Made by a program: the position numbers and the translations under genes. A DNA stretch of 64,000 nt, from the NCBI GenBank assembly GCA_963711845.1, contig CAVQFR010000014.1, positions 73,644 through 137,643 of the forward strand, given 5' to 3'. This document shows, piece after piece, positions 50,779 to 61,085 of this stretch. How positions within the stretch are numbered: position 1 is the stretch's first letter; each line of letters opens with the position of its first letter. Under the pieces are notes generated by a model that made no database searches, was not told the origin of the DNA, and saw only the letters and a program-made list of their open reading frames with translations. The stretch comes from an uncultured delta proteobacterium (lineage in GTDB: Bacteria > Desulfobacterota > BSN033 > UBA1163).

Positions 50779-51384
50779 TTGCGCTCGTCAATTCAATTGA
50801 TGTCGGATAAGATGGGAACGAGTCCGGGTATGAGTGAGTCACAAAGCAAGCTGCCTGAGGACGTCGGTATTAGCGTCGAAAGAATGATTCGCTTCTGTTA
50901 CCTTGCGGAGATGCAGTTCGAATATGCCTCCGGCGACACAAAGACCCTGCCCCTTCACTTGACCCGATTTGGCACATTGCTGCTTGAGACTGCCAGCTTT
51001 CTGTACTCCCTCTTCGAAGAGAGACGCGACTCGATCAACTTATTGGATGTCTGGCGGGGCTTTGACCATCCTTTTAGCGAGGAACTTCATGACTGTGTGA
51101 GGAAATTGGATCCATTCAAAAAAGAGCTGCGGCAAGTACGAAATCGCATCGGTTTCCATGGAAGCCTCAATCGAAATCGTGAACGCTCCGGACTCGGCAT
51201 ATTTGATGTTGATAGTTTACGGGTGCATGACTTTGCCCGCCTCATCGGGGAAATGCGGGAACTGTTTCTGCATATGATCGAATGGTATATAAAGAGAATG
51301 GACGAGTCCGCGCGGCCCGATGAGATGTGGAAGGAGTTCGTTGCTGAGCTGAAGGGCCGCTCACGAATCCGGAAGTCATCATGA
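50779..51384 (+). CDS. hypothetical protein (predicted all-helical)
   Basis: About 195-201-aa ORF; start ambiguous (TTG 50779, ATG 50800 or 50812); no recognisable motif. Confidence 0.45.
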   Translation: MRSSIQLMSDKMGTSPGMSESQSKLPEDVGISVERMIRFCYLAEMQFEYASGDTKTLPLHLTRFGTLLLETASFLYSLFEERRDSINLLDVWRGFDHPFSEELHDCVRKLDPFKKELRQVRNRIGFHGSLNRNRERSGLGIFDVDSLRVHDFARLIGEMRELFLHMIEWYIKRMDESARPDEMWKEFVAELKGRSRIRKSS

Positions 51385-51450
51385 CGCTGCCCAATAACGC
51401 GTCTTACCCAACATCCGCGTCAACCGGATCGCCCAAACCGGATAAGATAA

Positions 51451-51708
51451 ATGACCATTCTCTTAGTGTTCTATGTAATCGGTGGCGTAATTGGGGTTTT
51501 GATCAATCTACGCTTTTTCTTGCCAGTGGCATATTTTGATGTGAGGAATGCCTTTGGATTGATTGGGACATTGCAAACCATTGGCTATCAGTTGATACGA
51601 GTCTTAATATTGAGCTGTGTTGCTTTCTTTCTTTCGTGGATTTCTGTTGGCTATTTAGTCATTCACTACGAAAACTTCAAACGTGACCTCGAAAGAATGA
51701 AATTGTAA
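51451..51708 (+). CDS. hypothetical small membrane protein (two predicted TM helices)
   Basis: 85-aa ORF MTILLVFYVIGGVIGVLINL…LIRVLILSCVAFFLSWISVGYLVI; lower GC than core genes. Confidence 0.45.
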   Translation: MTILLVFYVIGGVIGVLINLRFFLPVAYFDVRNAFGLIGTLQTIGYQLIRVLILSCVAFFLSWISVGYLVIHYENFKRDLERMKL

Positions 51709-51966
51709 TCTCTTTCTAACGGAAATCATCAGTCGTTAATGCAGATCGATCCTCGCTCTTTGTAGGTGAAGCGGTTGTCCTGAAAGTCTTTGTCAATTCA
51801 AGTCTTAAGTTTTATAAAGTAAACCGCGTTAGAAAGGGCAGAGCTTTGACACCGCCCTCAATAAGGAGCTGATACTTTCTATTCCACCATCCCCAGCATA
51901 AATGCTGGGGCTTTCTAACGGGGTAAAGCTCTCTGCCCACAGAGTGGGGCATTCTTCATCATTTTC

Positions 51967-52086
51967 GTGGAGCCCCACGGGCATAGCCCGTGGTACCCTA
52001 CTTCACGCCTCAGCGGGGCGACATCCCGGCCAAACGCTGGCGCATTCATCCACGGGCAAAGCCCGTAGCCTTCTGCTGTCGGGGTA
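51967..52086. repeat. dispersed ~120-bp hairpin-rich repeat, copy B
   Basis: gtggagccccacgggcatagcccgtgg…ggcgcattcatccacgggcaaagcccgtag…tcggggta; partial extra copy of the 3' part immediately upstream (about 51905..51960). Confidence 0.65.
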
Positions 52087-52187
52087 AAAGATCTGGTTCA
52101 AAAAATAGGGAGGCTAAAACCCCCATGCCCTCGGGGGTCAGGTGAAAATGGTTCAGATCAATGACGATATCTCACTAAATTTATTAC

Positions 52188-52595
52188 TCATGTTCTTTTG
52201 CTTTTTGATATCTCCCAAAATTCTCTTGGAGTTATGATTGGGACTGAATGGAACTTCTTCAGCACAAGAAGATCCTTATCTCCAGTAATGATGTAATCGG
52301 GTTTGGCTACTTCAGAAAGACCAAGAATTTTGACATCATCAATATCTCTGCAGGCGTCTTTATCTAACCTTTTATGGTCGCTGAATGTACAAAATTCCTT
52401 CAAATATTCAGTGATCATGAGAACCTTATCCTTAGGCATCTTCATTTTTTTCTGTAAATTCCTTTGAACCTCAGATAGGATGTGTTCGCTGATAATGATT
52501 TCATGCTTTTCCAGGCAGAGTTCAAAAAGGGCGTGGGCCAGCCCTCGCCCTGCAAAGGCCGCTAAAATAACATTTGTATCGAGAATTACTCTCAT
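52188..52595 (-). CDS. PIN-domain toxin (VapC-like)
   Basis: MRVILDTNVILAAF…DIDDVKIL…ITGDKDL; 4-bp overlap with upstream antitoxin. Confidence 0.75.
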   Translation of the reverse strand: MRVILDTNVILAAFAGRGLAHALFELCLEKHEIIISEHILSEVQRNLQKKMKMPKDKVLMITEYLKEFCTFSDHKRLDKDACRDIDDVKILGLSEVAKPDYIITGDKDLLVLKKFHSVPIITPREFWEISKSKRT

Positions 52596-52810
52596 GATAC
52601 TTCTTTATAGACATCCTCGTCTGTAAGGATGCCCTGGGCCTCTGCAAAAGGGAGAACCATATTTCGAAGTCTACGAAACCGGTAGATGGCTATATACCTC
52701 TTCAACGATTCTCTAACGAGATCGCTAATGGGTTTCCCCTCTGCCTTACTGATCTCCTGTAATCCCTCTCTTAAATCATCAGGAATTCTGATGGTCAGGG
52801 TCTGATTCAT
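52592..52810 (-). CDS. ribbon-helix-helix (CopG-like) antitoxin
   Basis: MNQTLTIRIPDDLREGLQEISKAEGKPISDLVRESLKRYI; ORF track extends upstream into glyS 3' end, start taken at internal Met. Confidence 0.65.
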   Translation of the reverse strand: MNQTLTIRIPDDLREGLQEISKAEGKPISDLVRESLKRYIAIYRFRRLRNMVLPFAEAQGILTDEDVYKEVS

Positions 52811-52892
52811 ATTCACCCTCCTTTGTAATACAACGTAACACAGACGACGAGATTTGTCAATTCTATTAAAGTTTTCAGACAAAAGGCGGTAA

Positions 52893-54956
52893 TTAGGTGA
52901 GTTTGGAGAAGTCGGCGATTCTGAGGAAGAGTTTTCCGATCTCATCGAGGAGGGCAAGGCGATTGTTTCGGATCTTCTCGTCTTCAACCATCACCATGAC
53001 CCCATCGAAGAATTCATCAATCGGTTTCTTCATCTGGGTCATTTCGAGGAGTGCAGAGGGATAGTCCCTTTTGTTAAGAAGGGAATCGATTTTTTCTTTC
53101 GCCTTGAGAAAAGATTGATAGAGGTTCTGCTCAGCAGATTCAGCAAAGAGGGACGGGTTGATTTCTCCTTTTGGAGGAGACCCCTTCAAGATATTCATCG
53201 CCCGCTTAAAAGCGATCACAATCGACTCAAAATCCTTCCATTCCCTTGCCTTCCTCAGGGCATCAATTCTGCCCTGAACATCCAGCAGCTCATCAAATGA
53301 AATCGAAAGCACAGCGTCGGTCACATCGAAGGCGTATCCCTTGTCTAACAAAAAGTTTTGATAACGGACTCGGAAGAAATCGAGAACGTCATTTCTTACT
53401 TCCTCTACAGGACGTTCCATCTTCTCCTTCAACTGCCCTTCACTCGCTTCGACCAATCCCCTTAAGGAAAGAGAGTACTTTTTTTCAAGGAGGATCCGGA
53501 TGATTCCCAGGGCTTGGCGCCTCAGCCCAAAAGGATCGGCTGTTCCCGTGGGCACGAGACCCACTCCAAAGCAACCCACAATGGTATCCATTTTGTCAGC
53601 GATGCTGACGATATCTCCAACGGGCCCGGAAGGAAGTCGATCTCCTGCAAAAGCGGGAAGGTAGTGCTCGTAAATTGCCTCCGAAACCTCCGGCCTTTCT
53701 TTGGACAAACGGGCATACTCCCTTCCCACAATTCCCTGAAGTTTCGGAAACTCGCCGACCATTCCGGTCACCAAATCGGCTTTGCATAAGTGCGAGGCTC
53801 TTTCAACCGCTTCCTGCAGCTTGGGATCAATTCTTTCTGCCATCCATAAAGCCAATTGTTTAAAACGCATCATCTTCTCATAAGAAGTGCCCAGTTTGGC
53901 CTGAAAAACAACTTTCTTCAATTGCTCCACCCTGGTGTCGAGAGGAATCTTCAGGTCATCTTCAAAGAAGAAAGCCGCATCCGACAGCCTCGCCCTAAGG
54001 ACTCTTTCGTTTCCCTTCACCACGACTTCTCGACTTCTTGGATGAATATTGCTGATGCAGACAAAATGAGGAAGCAAGTTTCCATGGTCATCCACCACGG
54101 GAAAATATCTTTGATGCTCCTTCATCGAATGGATGAGAATCTCCCGAGGAAGCGAAAGAAATTTGCTGTCAAAGGTTCCGCACAAGGCGACCGGATACTC
54201 CACCAGAAAATTGACCTCATTGAGGAGATCCTCATCTTTAAGGATCCTTCCTGAAACTCTGGCCCCTTCTCGAATCATCTCCTCCTCGATCCTTTTCTTC
54301 CGCTCCACAGGGTCCACAATCGCAAAGGCTTCTCTTGTCTTTTGAAGATAGGATTGAAAATCCATCACGGGAATAGGGCCGGAGTGCATGAACCGATGGC
54401 CGAAGGTCATCTTTCCACTTCGGATATTCCCTACCTCGAAAGGAACCACTTCTCCGCCGAAGAGGGCTAATATCCAGTGAATCGGCCTGGCAAATCGAAT
54501 CGGGACATCTGCCCAGCGCATCGATTTCTGGAACGGGATGGAAAGTATCCATTTGGGAAGGAAGGTGGAGAGGAGCTCAAGGGTCGGTCTTCCCGGCTCC
54601 TTCTTCACAGCACAGACATACTCGCCTTTCCCGGTTTCAACCAGGGTCAGGGATTCGACAGGAACGGATTGCCCTTTGGCAAAACCGATGGCCGCTTTCG
54701 TCGGATTTCCTTGGGCATCAAAGGCGGCCTGTTTCGAAGGACCTATCTTTTTGGTTTCTTCATCTCTCTGTTTTTCAGAGACAGCCTCCATCACCAGAAC
54801 GAGGCGTCTCGGAGTCCCAAAAGTTTTTACCCCTTTGAAATCGATCCGGCTTGCCTCCAGTTCTTTTTGGGCGAAGCTCTCCAACCCAATCAAGGCCTGC
54901 GGAACAAACCCGGCCGGAATTTCCTCTGTCCCGATCTCCAATAGAAGTTCCTTCAT
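52893..54956 (-). CDS. glyS: glycine--tRNA ligase beta subunit
   Basis: 687-aa ORF with GlyS N-terminus MKELLLEIGTEEIPAGF and downstream of glyQ. Confidence 0.95.
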   Translation of the reverse strand: MKELLLEIGTEEIPAGFVPQALIGLESFAQKELEASRIDFKGVKTFGTPRRLVLVMEAVSEKQRDEETKKIGPSKQAAFDAQGNPTKAAIGFAKGQSVPVESLTLVETGKGEYVCAVKKEPGRPTLELLSTFLPKWILSIPFQKSMRWADVPIRFARPIHWILALFGGEVVPFEVGNIRSGKMTFGHRFMHSGPIPVMDFQSYLQKTREAFAIVDPVERKKRIEEEMIREGARVSGRILKDEDLLNEVNFLVEYPVALCGTFDSKFLSLPREILIHSMKEHQRYFPVVDDHGNLLPHFVCISNIHPRSREVVVKGNERVLRARLSDAAFFFEDDLKIPLDTRVEQLKKVVFQAKLGTSYEKMMRFKQLALWMAERIDPKLQEAVERASHLCKADLVTGMVGEFPKLQGIVGREYARLSKERPEVSEAIYEHYLPAFAGDRLPSGPVGDIVSIADKMDTIVGCFGVGLVPTGTADPFGLRRQALGIIRILLEKKYSLSLRGLVEASEGQLKEKMERPVEEVRNDVLDFFRVRYQNFLLDKGYAFDVTDAVLSISFDELLDVQGRIDALRKAREWKDFESIVIAFKRAMNILKGSPPKGEINPSLFAESAEQNLYQSFLKAKEKIDSLLNKRDYPSALLEMTQMKKPIDEFFDGVMVMVEDEKIRNNRLALLDEIGKLFLRIADFSKLT

Positions 54957-55039
54957 GCCTGGTCCTTTGTTAGATTTGTAGCGCCCTCATTTATTGAGGG
55001 CGAAGATTTTCGTCGGCATTAAATGCCGACGCTACATCT

Positions 55040-55912
55040 CTATTTGCGGTTTAAAAGCGGAAATCCCATCTCTTCTCTCTGTTTAAGATACCCTTCCGCG
55101 CAGAGTCTTGCCAGCGTCCTCACCCTCAAGATGTACCCTACCCGCTCGGTCACGCTGATCGCGCCCCGCGCATCGAGAAGGTTGAAGACATGGGAGGTCT
55201 TGAGGCAATAGTCGTAAGCCGGGAGGACCAGCCCTTTTTCAACCAACGTCTTCGACTCTTCTTCAAACATCTCAAAGAGACGGAAGAGCATCCCTACGTT
55301 CGCTTCCTCGAAATTGTATCGTGAAAATTCGACTTCGCCCTGGTGATGGATGTCTCCATATTTTACCCCCTTCAGCCATTCCAGGTCATAAACATTATCC
55401 ACCCCCTGAAGATACATGGCGATTCTTTCAGTCCCGTAGGTGATCTCCACCGGGATGGGACTCAGTTCGATACCGCCCACCTGTTGGAAATAGGTGAATT
55501 GGGTGATCTCCATGCCATCCAGCCAGACCTCCCACCCCAGCCCCCACGCACCCAGCGTTGGGGATTCCCAATCGTCTTCGACGAATCGAATATCATGATC
55601 AAGGGGATCGATTCCGAAGGCCTTTAAGCTATTGAGATAGATCTCCTGAATATCAAGAGGGGACGGTTTCATGATCACCTGATATTGATAATAATGTTGA
55701 AGCCTATTGGGATTTTCGCCGTATCGGCCATCGGTGGGACGGCGGGAAGGCTCGACATAGGCCACTCGCCACGGTTCAGGACCTAAGGACCTGAGAAAGG
55801 TCGCAGGGTGAAAAGTCCCGGCCCCCACTTCGGTATCATAGGGCTGTTGAATTACACACCCCTGATCCGCCCAGAATCGCTCCAGGGCAAAAATCAATTC
55901 CTGAAAATTCAT
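55040..55912 (-). CDS. glyQ: glycine--tRNA ligase alpha subunit
   Basis: [48 protein letters not shown]…; highly conserved GlyQ sequence. Confidence 0.95.
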   Translation of the reverse strand: MNFQELIFALERFWADQGCVIQQPYDTEVGAGTFHPATFLRSLGPEPWRVAYVEPSRRPTDGRYGENPNRLQHYYQYQVIMKPSPLDIQEIYLNSLKAFGIDPLDHDIRFVEDDWESPTLGAWGLGWEVWLDGMEITQFTYFQQVGGIELSPIPVEITYGTERIAMYLQGVDNVYDLEWLKGVKYGDIHHQGEVEFSRYNFEEANVGMLFRLFEMFEEESKTLVEKGLVLPAYDYCLKTSHVFNLLDARGAISVTERVGYILRVRTLARLCAEGYLKQREEMGFPLLNRK

Positions 55913-56078
55913 CACGCCCCCGTTATTGGCTGATAGCTAATGGCTAATAGCTTATAGCTTTTGTCCAATTGCCGTCTGTTATTTACCAAGAAGCTATGCT
56001 CTGTGTCATCTTCTCTCTTACGGAGCACGGTGTAGCACTTTTGAGTCTCGGATGTCAACACGGTGGTTAACCGTAAAT

Positions 56079-56106
56079 CCGAAATTCGAATATCGAAACT
56101 CGAAAC
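56079..56106. repeat. four tandem heptamers (cCGAAat tCGAAta tCGAAac tCGAAac) upstream of glyQ
   Basis: Read directly in the glyQ 5' intergenic region. Confidence 0.5.
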
Positions 56107-56159
56107 AAATTGTACATGACGGGTTCGTCACCCCCAGACCATGAAAATCTATCTCATTA

Positions 56160-56250
56160 TCCTCCCCCTTGACGGGGGAGGACTAAGGTGGGGGTGGACA
56201 GGATGTGCTCCCCCTCACCCCCACCCTCTCCCGCAAGGGGAGAGGGAGAT
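56160..56250. repeat. GC-rich palindromic repeat, copy 5 (with adjacent CCTCCCCCTTGACGGGGGAGG hairpin)
   Basis: cccctcacccccaccctctcccgcaaggggagaggg. Confidence 0.55.
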
Positions 56251-56396
56251 GACGGACTATTTTCCATGTAATCCAAATTTCGAATTCCAAAATCCCAAAC
56301 TATTTCTATCTGTTTGGGTCATTTGTATTTTCAAAATTGGTGCTTGTTTCGGATTGATCCCTGCGGGATGCTTCGCCCGCGCTTCGTATTTCGATA

Positions 56397-57161
56397 TTAT
56401 CCCTTAATTTCCCTCAATGTCTTCAGCGACTTCAATTCCTTTCCTAATTGATAACTGATAAATCTGGGGAGAATCTCTCGACTTTCGGACAAGGACTGTT
56501 GGGTGAATTTCAACCGTTGAATCTTGGGCCATTCCATCTGGGAGATTTTCTCTATTAATCTGGCCGTTCCTAAGGAAAAAGGGATGAGGTTATTCCACAT
56601 CTTCGAGCACTTTTCACAAACCAAAGCCCCTTTTTCAAGTGAGAAAAAAACTCCCGGAATCTCTTTCAAATCCTCCCAATCCTTTTTACATAGATTGCAT
56701 CTCCCCATATTGGGCCGGTAGCCGAAGAGGGAGAGCATCCGGATCTCGAAAAGTCTCAATTGTTCCTCCTGTGGCTCTATTCCTTCAAGATCCGATAAGA
56801 AGGACAAAAGAAGTTCGAAGACCTCTCGATTCCCTTCCCGCTCTCCAGCCATCTCGTTCGCTAATTCAAGATAATAGGTTCCATAAAGAATCTTTTTGAG
56901 GTCTTCCCTGATTTTTGGAAAAGAGTGAAGGATATCACAACCCTCCGCCCTCACCAACCCCATCCCTTCTTTATCGAAAAAGATGAGGCGAAGATGAGAA
57001 AAAAGGCCAAGGGCATTCTGAAATCGCTTCCTGCTTCTCCTCGCCCCTTTGGCAATTCCCTTCAGCTTTCCAAAATCCTTGGTGAAGAAGGTAACGATCT
57101 TGTCGGACTCACCGTAGTTTGAGGATCGAATGACAATGGCGTTTGTCTTGAAGAGAGGCAT
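56397..57161 (-). CDS. recO: DNA repair protein RecO
   Basis: 254-aa ORF with RecO N-terminal OB-fold sequence and zinc-binding CNLC…CEKC. Confidence 0.85.
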   Translation of the reverse strand: MPLFKTNAIVIRSSNYGESDKIVTFFTKDFGKLKGIAKGARRSRKRFQNALGLFSHLRLIFFDKEGMGLVRAEGCDILHSFPKIREDLKKILYGTYYLELANEMAGEREGNREVFELLLSFLSDLEGIEPQEEQLRLFEIRMLSLFGYRPNMGRCNLCKKDWEDLKEIPGVFFSLEKGALVCEKCSKMWNNLIPFSLGTARLIEKISQMEWPKIQRLKFTQQSLSESREILPRFISYQLGKELKSLKTLREIKG

Positions 57162-57250
57162 TAAGAAATCGTTCCTATCGTTTGGATCGCTCCGGTCGTT
57201 GGTATCGCTAAAAACCTTCCATTCACTTTGCGAACATAACGAACCAAACG

Positions 57251-57979
57251 CTATTTTGACGGATCCCCTTTCTTGCCTGATGGAGTCGCTGGTCCCTGCA
57301 TCTTGATGATCTCTGTCCCGGGCGGAATGGCAAATTGGAAGAAGGAATGGGAGATTCCCACGTTCGTCTTGATATTGATGAAACGGGTTCGAGTCAAATT
57401 TCCCAACCCGTCGAAGACATCGGCCTGAAGGACAGTATACGTCTTCTTATCCACCGTCAAAACCAATTTCGACAGAGTGCCAACGGGGTCTTTAGGAGCC
57501 AACTCGATGACATAGTTGTCCTCCTTCTGAGAAACAGACTCATTCAGATTGAGGAAGTTGAAATCCCGGCTGAGATTTCCCTCCCCGGCCAAGAAAGCCA
57601 AAGGTGTTCTTTCTTTGAGGATGCTTGAGACATCGGAAACGAGAACCTGCTTTTCTTCGGGCTGATAATACCAAAAGTTGTGACCATCCGAAATAAGCTT
57701 CTGGCTTGGAGCCGTATAGTCCCACCGCATCATCCCCTTCTTCTTGAAATAGACCTTTCCTTCTCCCCGGTTCGACTGTTTCATCCCCTTGCCGATATAT
57801 TCCTGAATGAAACTGGCTTCAAAGTCGTTTGTCTTTTCATACCGGTTCTGGATTTCGCTCAATACCTCCTGACCGGTTGTGCAAAAAGCCACTGGATGGA
57901 AGACCAATGGAAATAGCATGAACGCGCAAAAGTTCAGTAGAAATATTTTTCTCATCTTCATCAACCCCTTGCTTTCCAC
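57251..57979 (-). CDS. LolA-family outer-membrane lipoprotein carrier-like protein
   Basis: Signal peptide then LolA-like beta-barrel sequence; conserved position immediately downstream of ftsK. Confidence 0.65.
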   Translation of the reverse strand: MESKGLMKMRKIFLLNFCAFMLFPLVFHPVAFCTTGQEVLSEIQNRYEKTNDFEASFIQEYIGKGMKQSNRGEGKVYFKKKGMMRWDYTAPSQKLISDGHNFWYYQPEEKQVLVSDVSSILKERTPLAFLAGEGNLSRDFNFLNLNESVSQKEDNYVIELAPKDPVGTLSKLVLTVDKKTYTVLQADVFDGLGNLTRTRFINIKTNVGISHSFFQFAIPPGTEIIKMQGPATPSGKKGDPSK

Positions 57980-58025
57980 ATTATAACGATGAACGATAAA
58001 CCGTGAACAACGAACTGTTCATCGT

Positions 58026-60263
58026 TCACGGTTCAATCTTTTTGACCAGAACCTCTCTGGGCTTAACCCCATCGGAAGGCCCCACCACTCCTTCCTCTTC
58101 CATCTTCTCGACGATGCGGGCCGCCCGATTATAACCGATTCGAAATCGCCTTTGAACGAGGGAGATGGAGGCCTGTCCAACCTCGGCGACAAAGGCCACT
58201 GCCTCATCGTACTTTTCGTCGTATTCCGCCTCTTCTCCTCCTGCGGCCTCTTTTTCCTTTTTCACTTCGGCGAGAACCGAAGGATCTAAATAGGAAGGCT
58301 TCCCTTGCTTTTTCCAGAATTCGACAATCCGTTTGATCTCTGCGCCTGAGACAAAGGCCCCATGAAGACGTGTCAGTTTCGAGCTGCCGGGTGGAAGGAA
58401 GAGCATATCCCCGGCTCCCAGGAGGTGCTCTGCACCAATGGCGTCCAGAATGGTTCGAGAGTCTACTCTCGAGGTCACCTGAAATGAAATCCGTGCAGGG
58501 AAGTTTGCTTTAATAATTCCAGTGAGCACATCCACCGAAGGCCGCTGGGTGGCCAGCAAAAGATGGATGCCCACCGCCCGTGCCATCTGCGCGAGCCGAG
58601 TGATCGATTCCTCCACATCCTTCGAAGAGATCATCATCAGGTCTGCCAGCTCATCGATCACCACCACAATATAAGCGAGCCTCTCCATCGGCTCCGTTAC
58701 CTTCTCCTCGTTTCCCTCTAAGACATCCCCCTTCCGTTTATAAACTTTCCCTTTCTCTTTCAGTTCCTTCTCCATTCTCTGATGGTAATGTTCAATATTC
58801 CTCACTCCTTTTTCAGCGAGAACCGTGTACCGCCGTTCCATCTCTTCCACCAGCCACCGGAGGGCAGCCGCCGCCTTTTTCGGATGGGTCACCACAGGCA
58901 GAAGCAAATGCGGGACGCCTTCATAATCGGAGAGTTCTAACATCTTTGGGTCGATCATGAGGAATCGAACCTCGTCCGGAGTCGCCTTAAAGAGAATGCT
59001 GCAGATCATGGCATTGATGGAAACGCTTTTCCCGGAACCTGTTGATCCGGCGACCAGGAGATGCGGCATTCTTGCGAGATCAACGACAAAAGACTCTCCT
59101 GAAATGTCCTTTCCCAGCCCAAAAGACAGTTTCGATTTAAAAGTTCGGAAAGGGTCGGAATCGATGATTTCTTTGAGATAGACTGTCTCCCTGTTTTTGT
59201 TAGGAACCTCAACGCCCACGACGGCTTTGCCGGGGATGGGGGCGACGATACGAATCGACAGAGCGCTCAAGGCCAACGCCAGGTCATCGGCTAAGTTGAC
59301 AATCCGGGAGACTTTCACGCCGGGGGCCGGCTCGAATTCATAGACCGTGATCACGGGACCGGGCCTCACCTCGACCACCTTCCCTTCCACCCCATAATCC
59401 AGAAGTTTCTTCTCCAAGATACGGGAATTCATGATCAAACTCTCCCGGTCGATCTTCTGTCTTTTCTCTACATCGGCTTCGAGCAAAGAAATGGGAGGGA
59501 GTTGGAAGGTTTTCGAGGATTCAAGAAATTCGAACGTCTCTTGTTTCATCTCCTCCTCTCTTTTCGAAGGAAGGGATGGTTTTTCTATGACGACCGTTGG
59601 GGGAATCTCTTTCGCTTCCTTTTTCTCCTGCTTTTGCTTCACCAACTTCCTTTCCCTCTCCGCCCCCTCTCTTCTGACCATTTTGAACGTCCCAATCTTT
59701 CCGATCAGTTTTTGAAGAGACTCTCCCAGATGCTTGACGAGAGAGATGAAGGAGATCCCCGTCCCCAGAACGAATGAAAGGATCAAGATCATCAATAAAA
59801 GGACGGTCGCCCCTGGACGATTAAAATACCGGACAAGATTTCTCGAAAAAATCTCTCCGATAAACCCTCCCATTAAGAGGTCCTGACTGTAGATACGGAT
59901 GGGGCTCAACCATAAACCAAAGAAGGAAGAAATGCTGATGAGGAGCACCGCCCAACCGGCAATTTTCAAAGACAAGTATTTCCACTCCCACCTGAAAATA
60001 AAACTGAAGGCGAAGAAGACCAGAACGAAGGAAATCAAAAAAGAAGGAAAGCCGAAGCTTTGAAAAAGGAGGCCGGAGAGATAGGCCCCGACAATCCCCA
60101 TCCAATTATGAATCCCCTTGACCTTTGCCGAGGTGTAGGAGAAGAAAGAGGGATCCATGGGATGGTAAGAAATCAGACTCAGGAAGAGAAAGACTCCCAA
60201 GGCAATCAGCAAGATCCCCACAATCTCATGTCTCAGCTTTTCTTTGATAGAATCCTCCATCAC
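58026..60263 (-). CDS. ftsK: DNA translocase FtsK
   Basis: N-terminal membrane domain, linker, C-terminal motor with Walker A GSTGSGKS and FtsK gamma-type C-terminus. Confidence 0.95.
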   Translation of the reverse strand: MMEDSIKEKLRHEIVGILLIALGVFLFLSLISYHPMDPSFFSYTSAKVKGIHNWMGIVGAYLSGLLFQSFGFPSFLISFVLVFFAFSFIFRWEWKYLSLKIAGWAVLLISISSFFGLWLSPIRIYSQDLLMGGFIGEIFSRNLVRYFNRPGATVLLLMILILSFVLGTGISFISLVKHLGESLQKLIGKIGTFKMVRREGAERERKLVKQKQEKKEAKEIPPTVVIEKPSLPSKREEEMKQETFEFLESSKTFQLPPISLLEADVEKRQKIDRESLIMNSRILEKKLLDYGVEGKVVEVRPGPVITVYEFEPAPGVKVSRIVNLADDLALALSALSIRIVAPIPGKAVVGVEVPNKNRETVYLKEIIDSDPFRTFKSKLSFGLGKDISGESFVVDLARMPHLLVAGSTGSGKSVSINAMICSILFKATPDEVRFLMIDPKMLELSDYEGVPHLLLPVVTHPKKAAAALRWLVEEMERRYTVLAEKGVRNIEHYHQRMEKELKEKGKVYKRKGDVLEGNEEKVTEPMERLAYIVVVIDELADLMMISSKDVEESITRLAQMARAVGIHLLLATQRPSVDVLTGIIKANFPARISFQVTSRVDSRTILDAIGAEHLLGAGDMLFLPPGSSKLTRLHGAFVSGAEIKRIVEFWKKQGKPSYLDPSVLAEVKKEKEAAGGEEAEYDEKYDEAVAFVAEVGQASISLVQRRFRIGYNRAARIVEKMEEEGVVGPSDGVKPREVLVKKIEP

Positions 60264-60991
60264 TGTTTTTCCCCGCTCTCTTCCTGAGAGATCAACTTAA
60301 AGTTCTCGGAGATCGTATCTCTCACCTTCTTCATCAAGGACTCCCTATCCTTTAAAGAATAACGTTGGATCTCGATGGGGTGCCCCACGAACATTCGAAT
60401 CCCTCCGGGGCGAGCAGTCAAACTATCCTTCGGCATGATGTCCCGGCTTCCACTGATCGCAACCGGAACGATAGGAACCTTGGACTTAATCGCCAAGGTG
60501 AACCCTCCTTTTTTAAAAGGCAGAATCGAGCCATCCGGACTTCTTGACCCCTCAGGAAAGATGACCACGGACATTCCATCTCGAATCTTCTGAGCTGCCT
60601 CGTTCATAGCCTCCACGGTGTCCCGAGTTCCCCCCCGATCGATACTGATATATCCTACGGCGGCCATCGTCCAACCTAAGAATGGAACGGAAAAGAGCTC
60701 CTTCTTAGCCAACCATTTAAACTGATAGGGAAGATGGCCCAGCAAGGTAAAGATATCATAGAAACCCTGATGGTTTGACATAAAGATGTAGGGACCTGCC
60801 GCATTCAGATGCTCCATCCCTTCTACCCTGACCTTCACCCGGTTGGCCAGCAGAGCAATTTTTCCCCAGAGTTTTGCACAATAATGACCCGCTCTTCCCT
60901 TTCGGTCAAAGGGATAGGTCATGAAAGTAAACACTCCCAGGACCAGTGTGGCGACGACAATGCAAGACCAAACAAAGATTGTGCGAATCAT
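60260..60991 (-). CDS. 1-acyl-sn-glycerol-3-phosphate acyltransferase (PlsC family)
   Basis: Acyltransferase motifs NHQGFYD (H-x4-D) and FPEGSRS; start taken at MIRTIFVW because upstream ORF extension is encoded by tandem repeats. Confidence 0.75.
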   Translation of the reverse strand: MIRTIFVWSCIVVATLVLGVFTFMTYPFDRKGRAGHYCAKLWGKIALLANRVKVRVEGMEHLNAAGPYIFMSNHQGFYDIFTLLGHLPYQFKWLAKKELFSVPFLGWTMAAVGYISIDRGGTRDTVEAMNEAAQKIRDGMSVVIFPEGSRSPDGSILPFKKGGFTLAIKSKVPIVPVAISGSRDIMPKDSLTARPGGIRMFVGHPIEIQRYSLKDRESLMKKVRDTISENFKLISQEESGEKQ

Positions 60992-61013
60992 CAGCTTCGC
61001 TTCGCTCAGAAGA

Positions 61014-61045
61014 GGAATATTGGAATACTGGAATATTGGAATATT
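61014..61045. repeat. four tandem octamers GGAATATT/GGAATACT
   Basis: ggaatattggaatactggaatattggaatatt read directly, about 25 bp upstream of the preferred plsC start. Confidence 0.6.
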
Positions 61046-61085
61046 GCACGATAGAACAAAAGGTCTTCTCTGTTCAATTCCATAC

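Noticed and set aside
55916-56200. T-box riboswitch upstream of glyQ
   Set aside because: No match to the conserved T-box sequence was seen by eye on the leader strand; needs a covariance-model scan to be definitive
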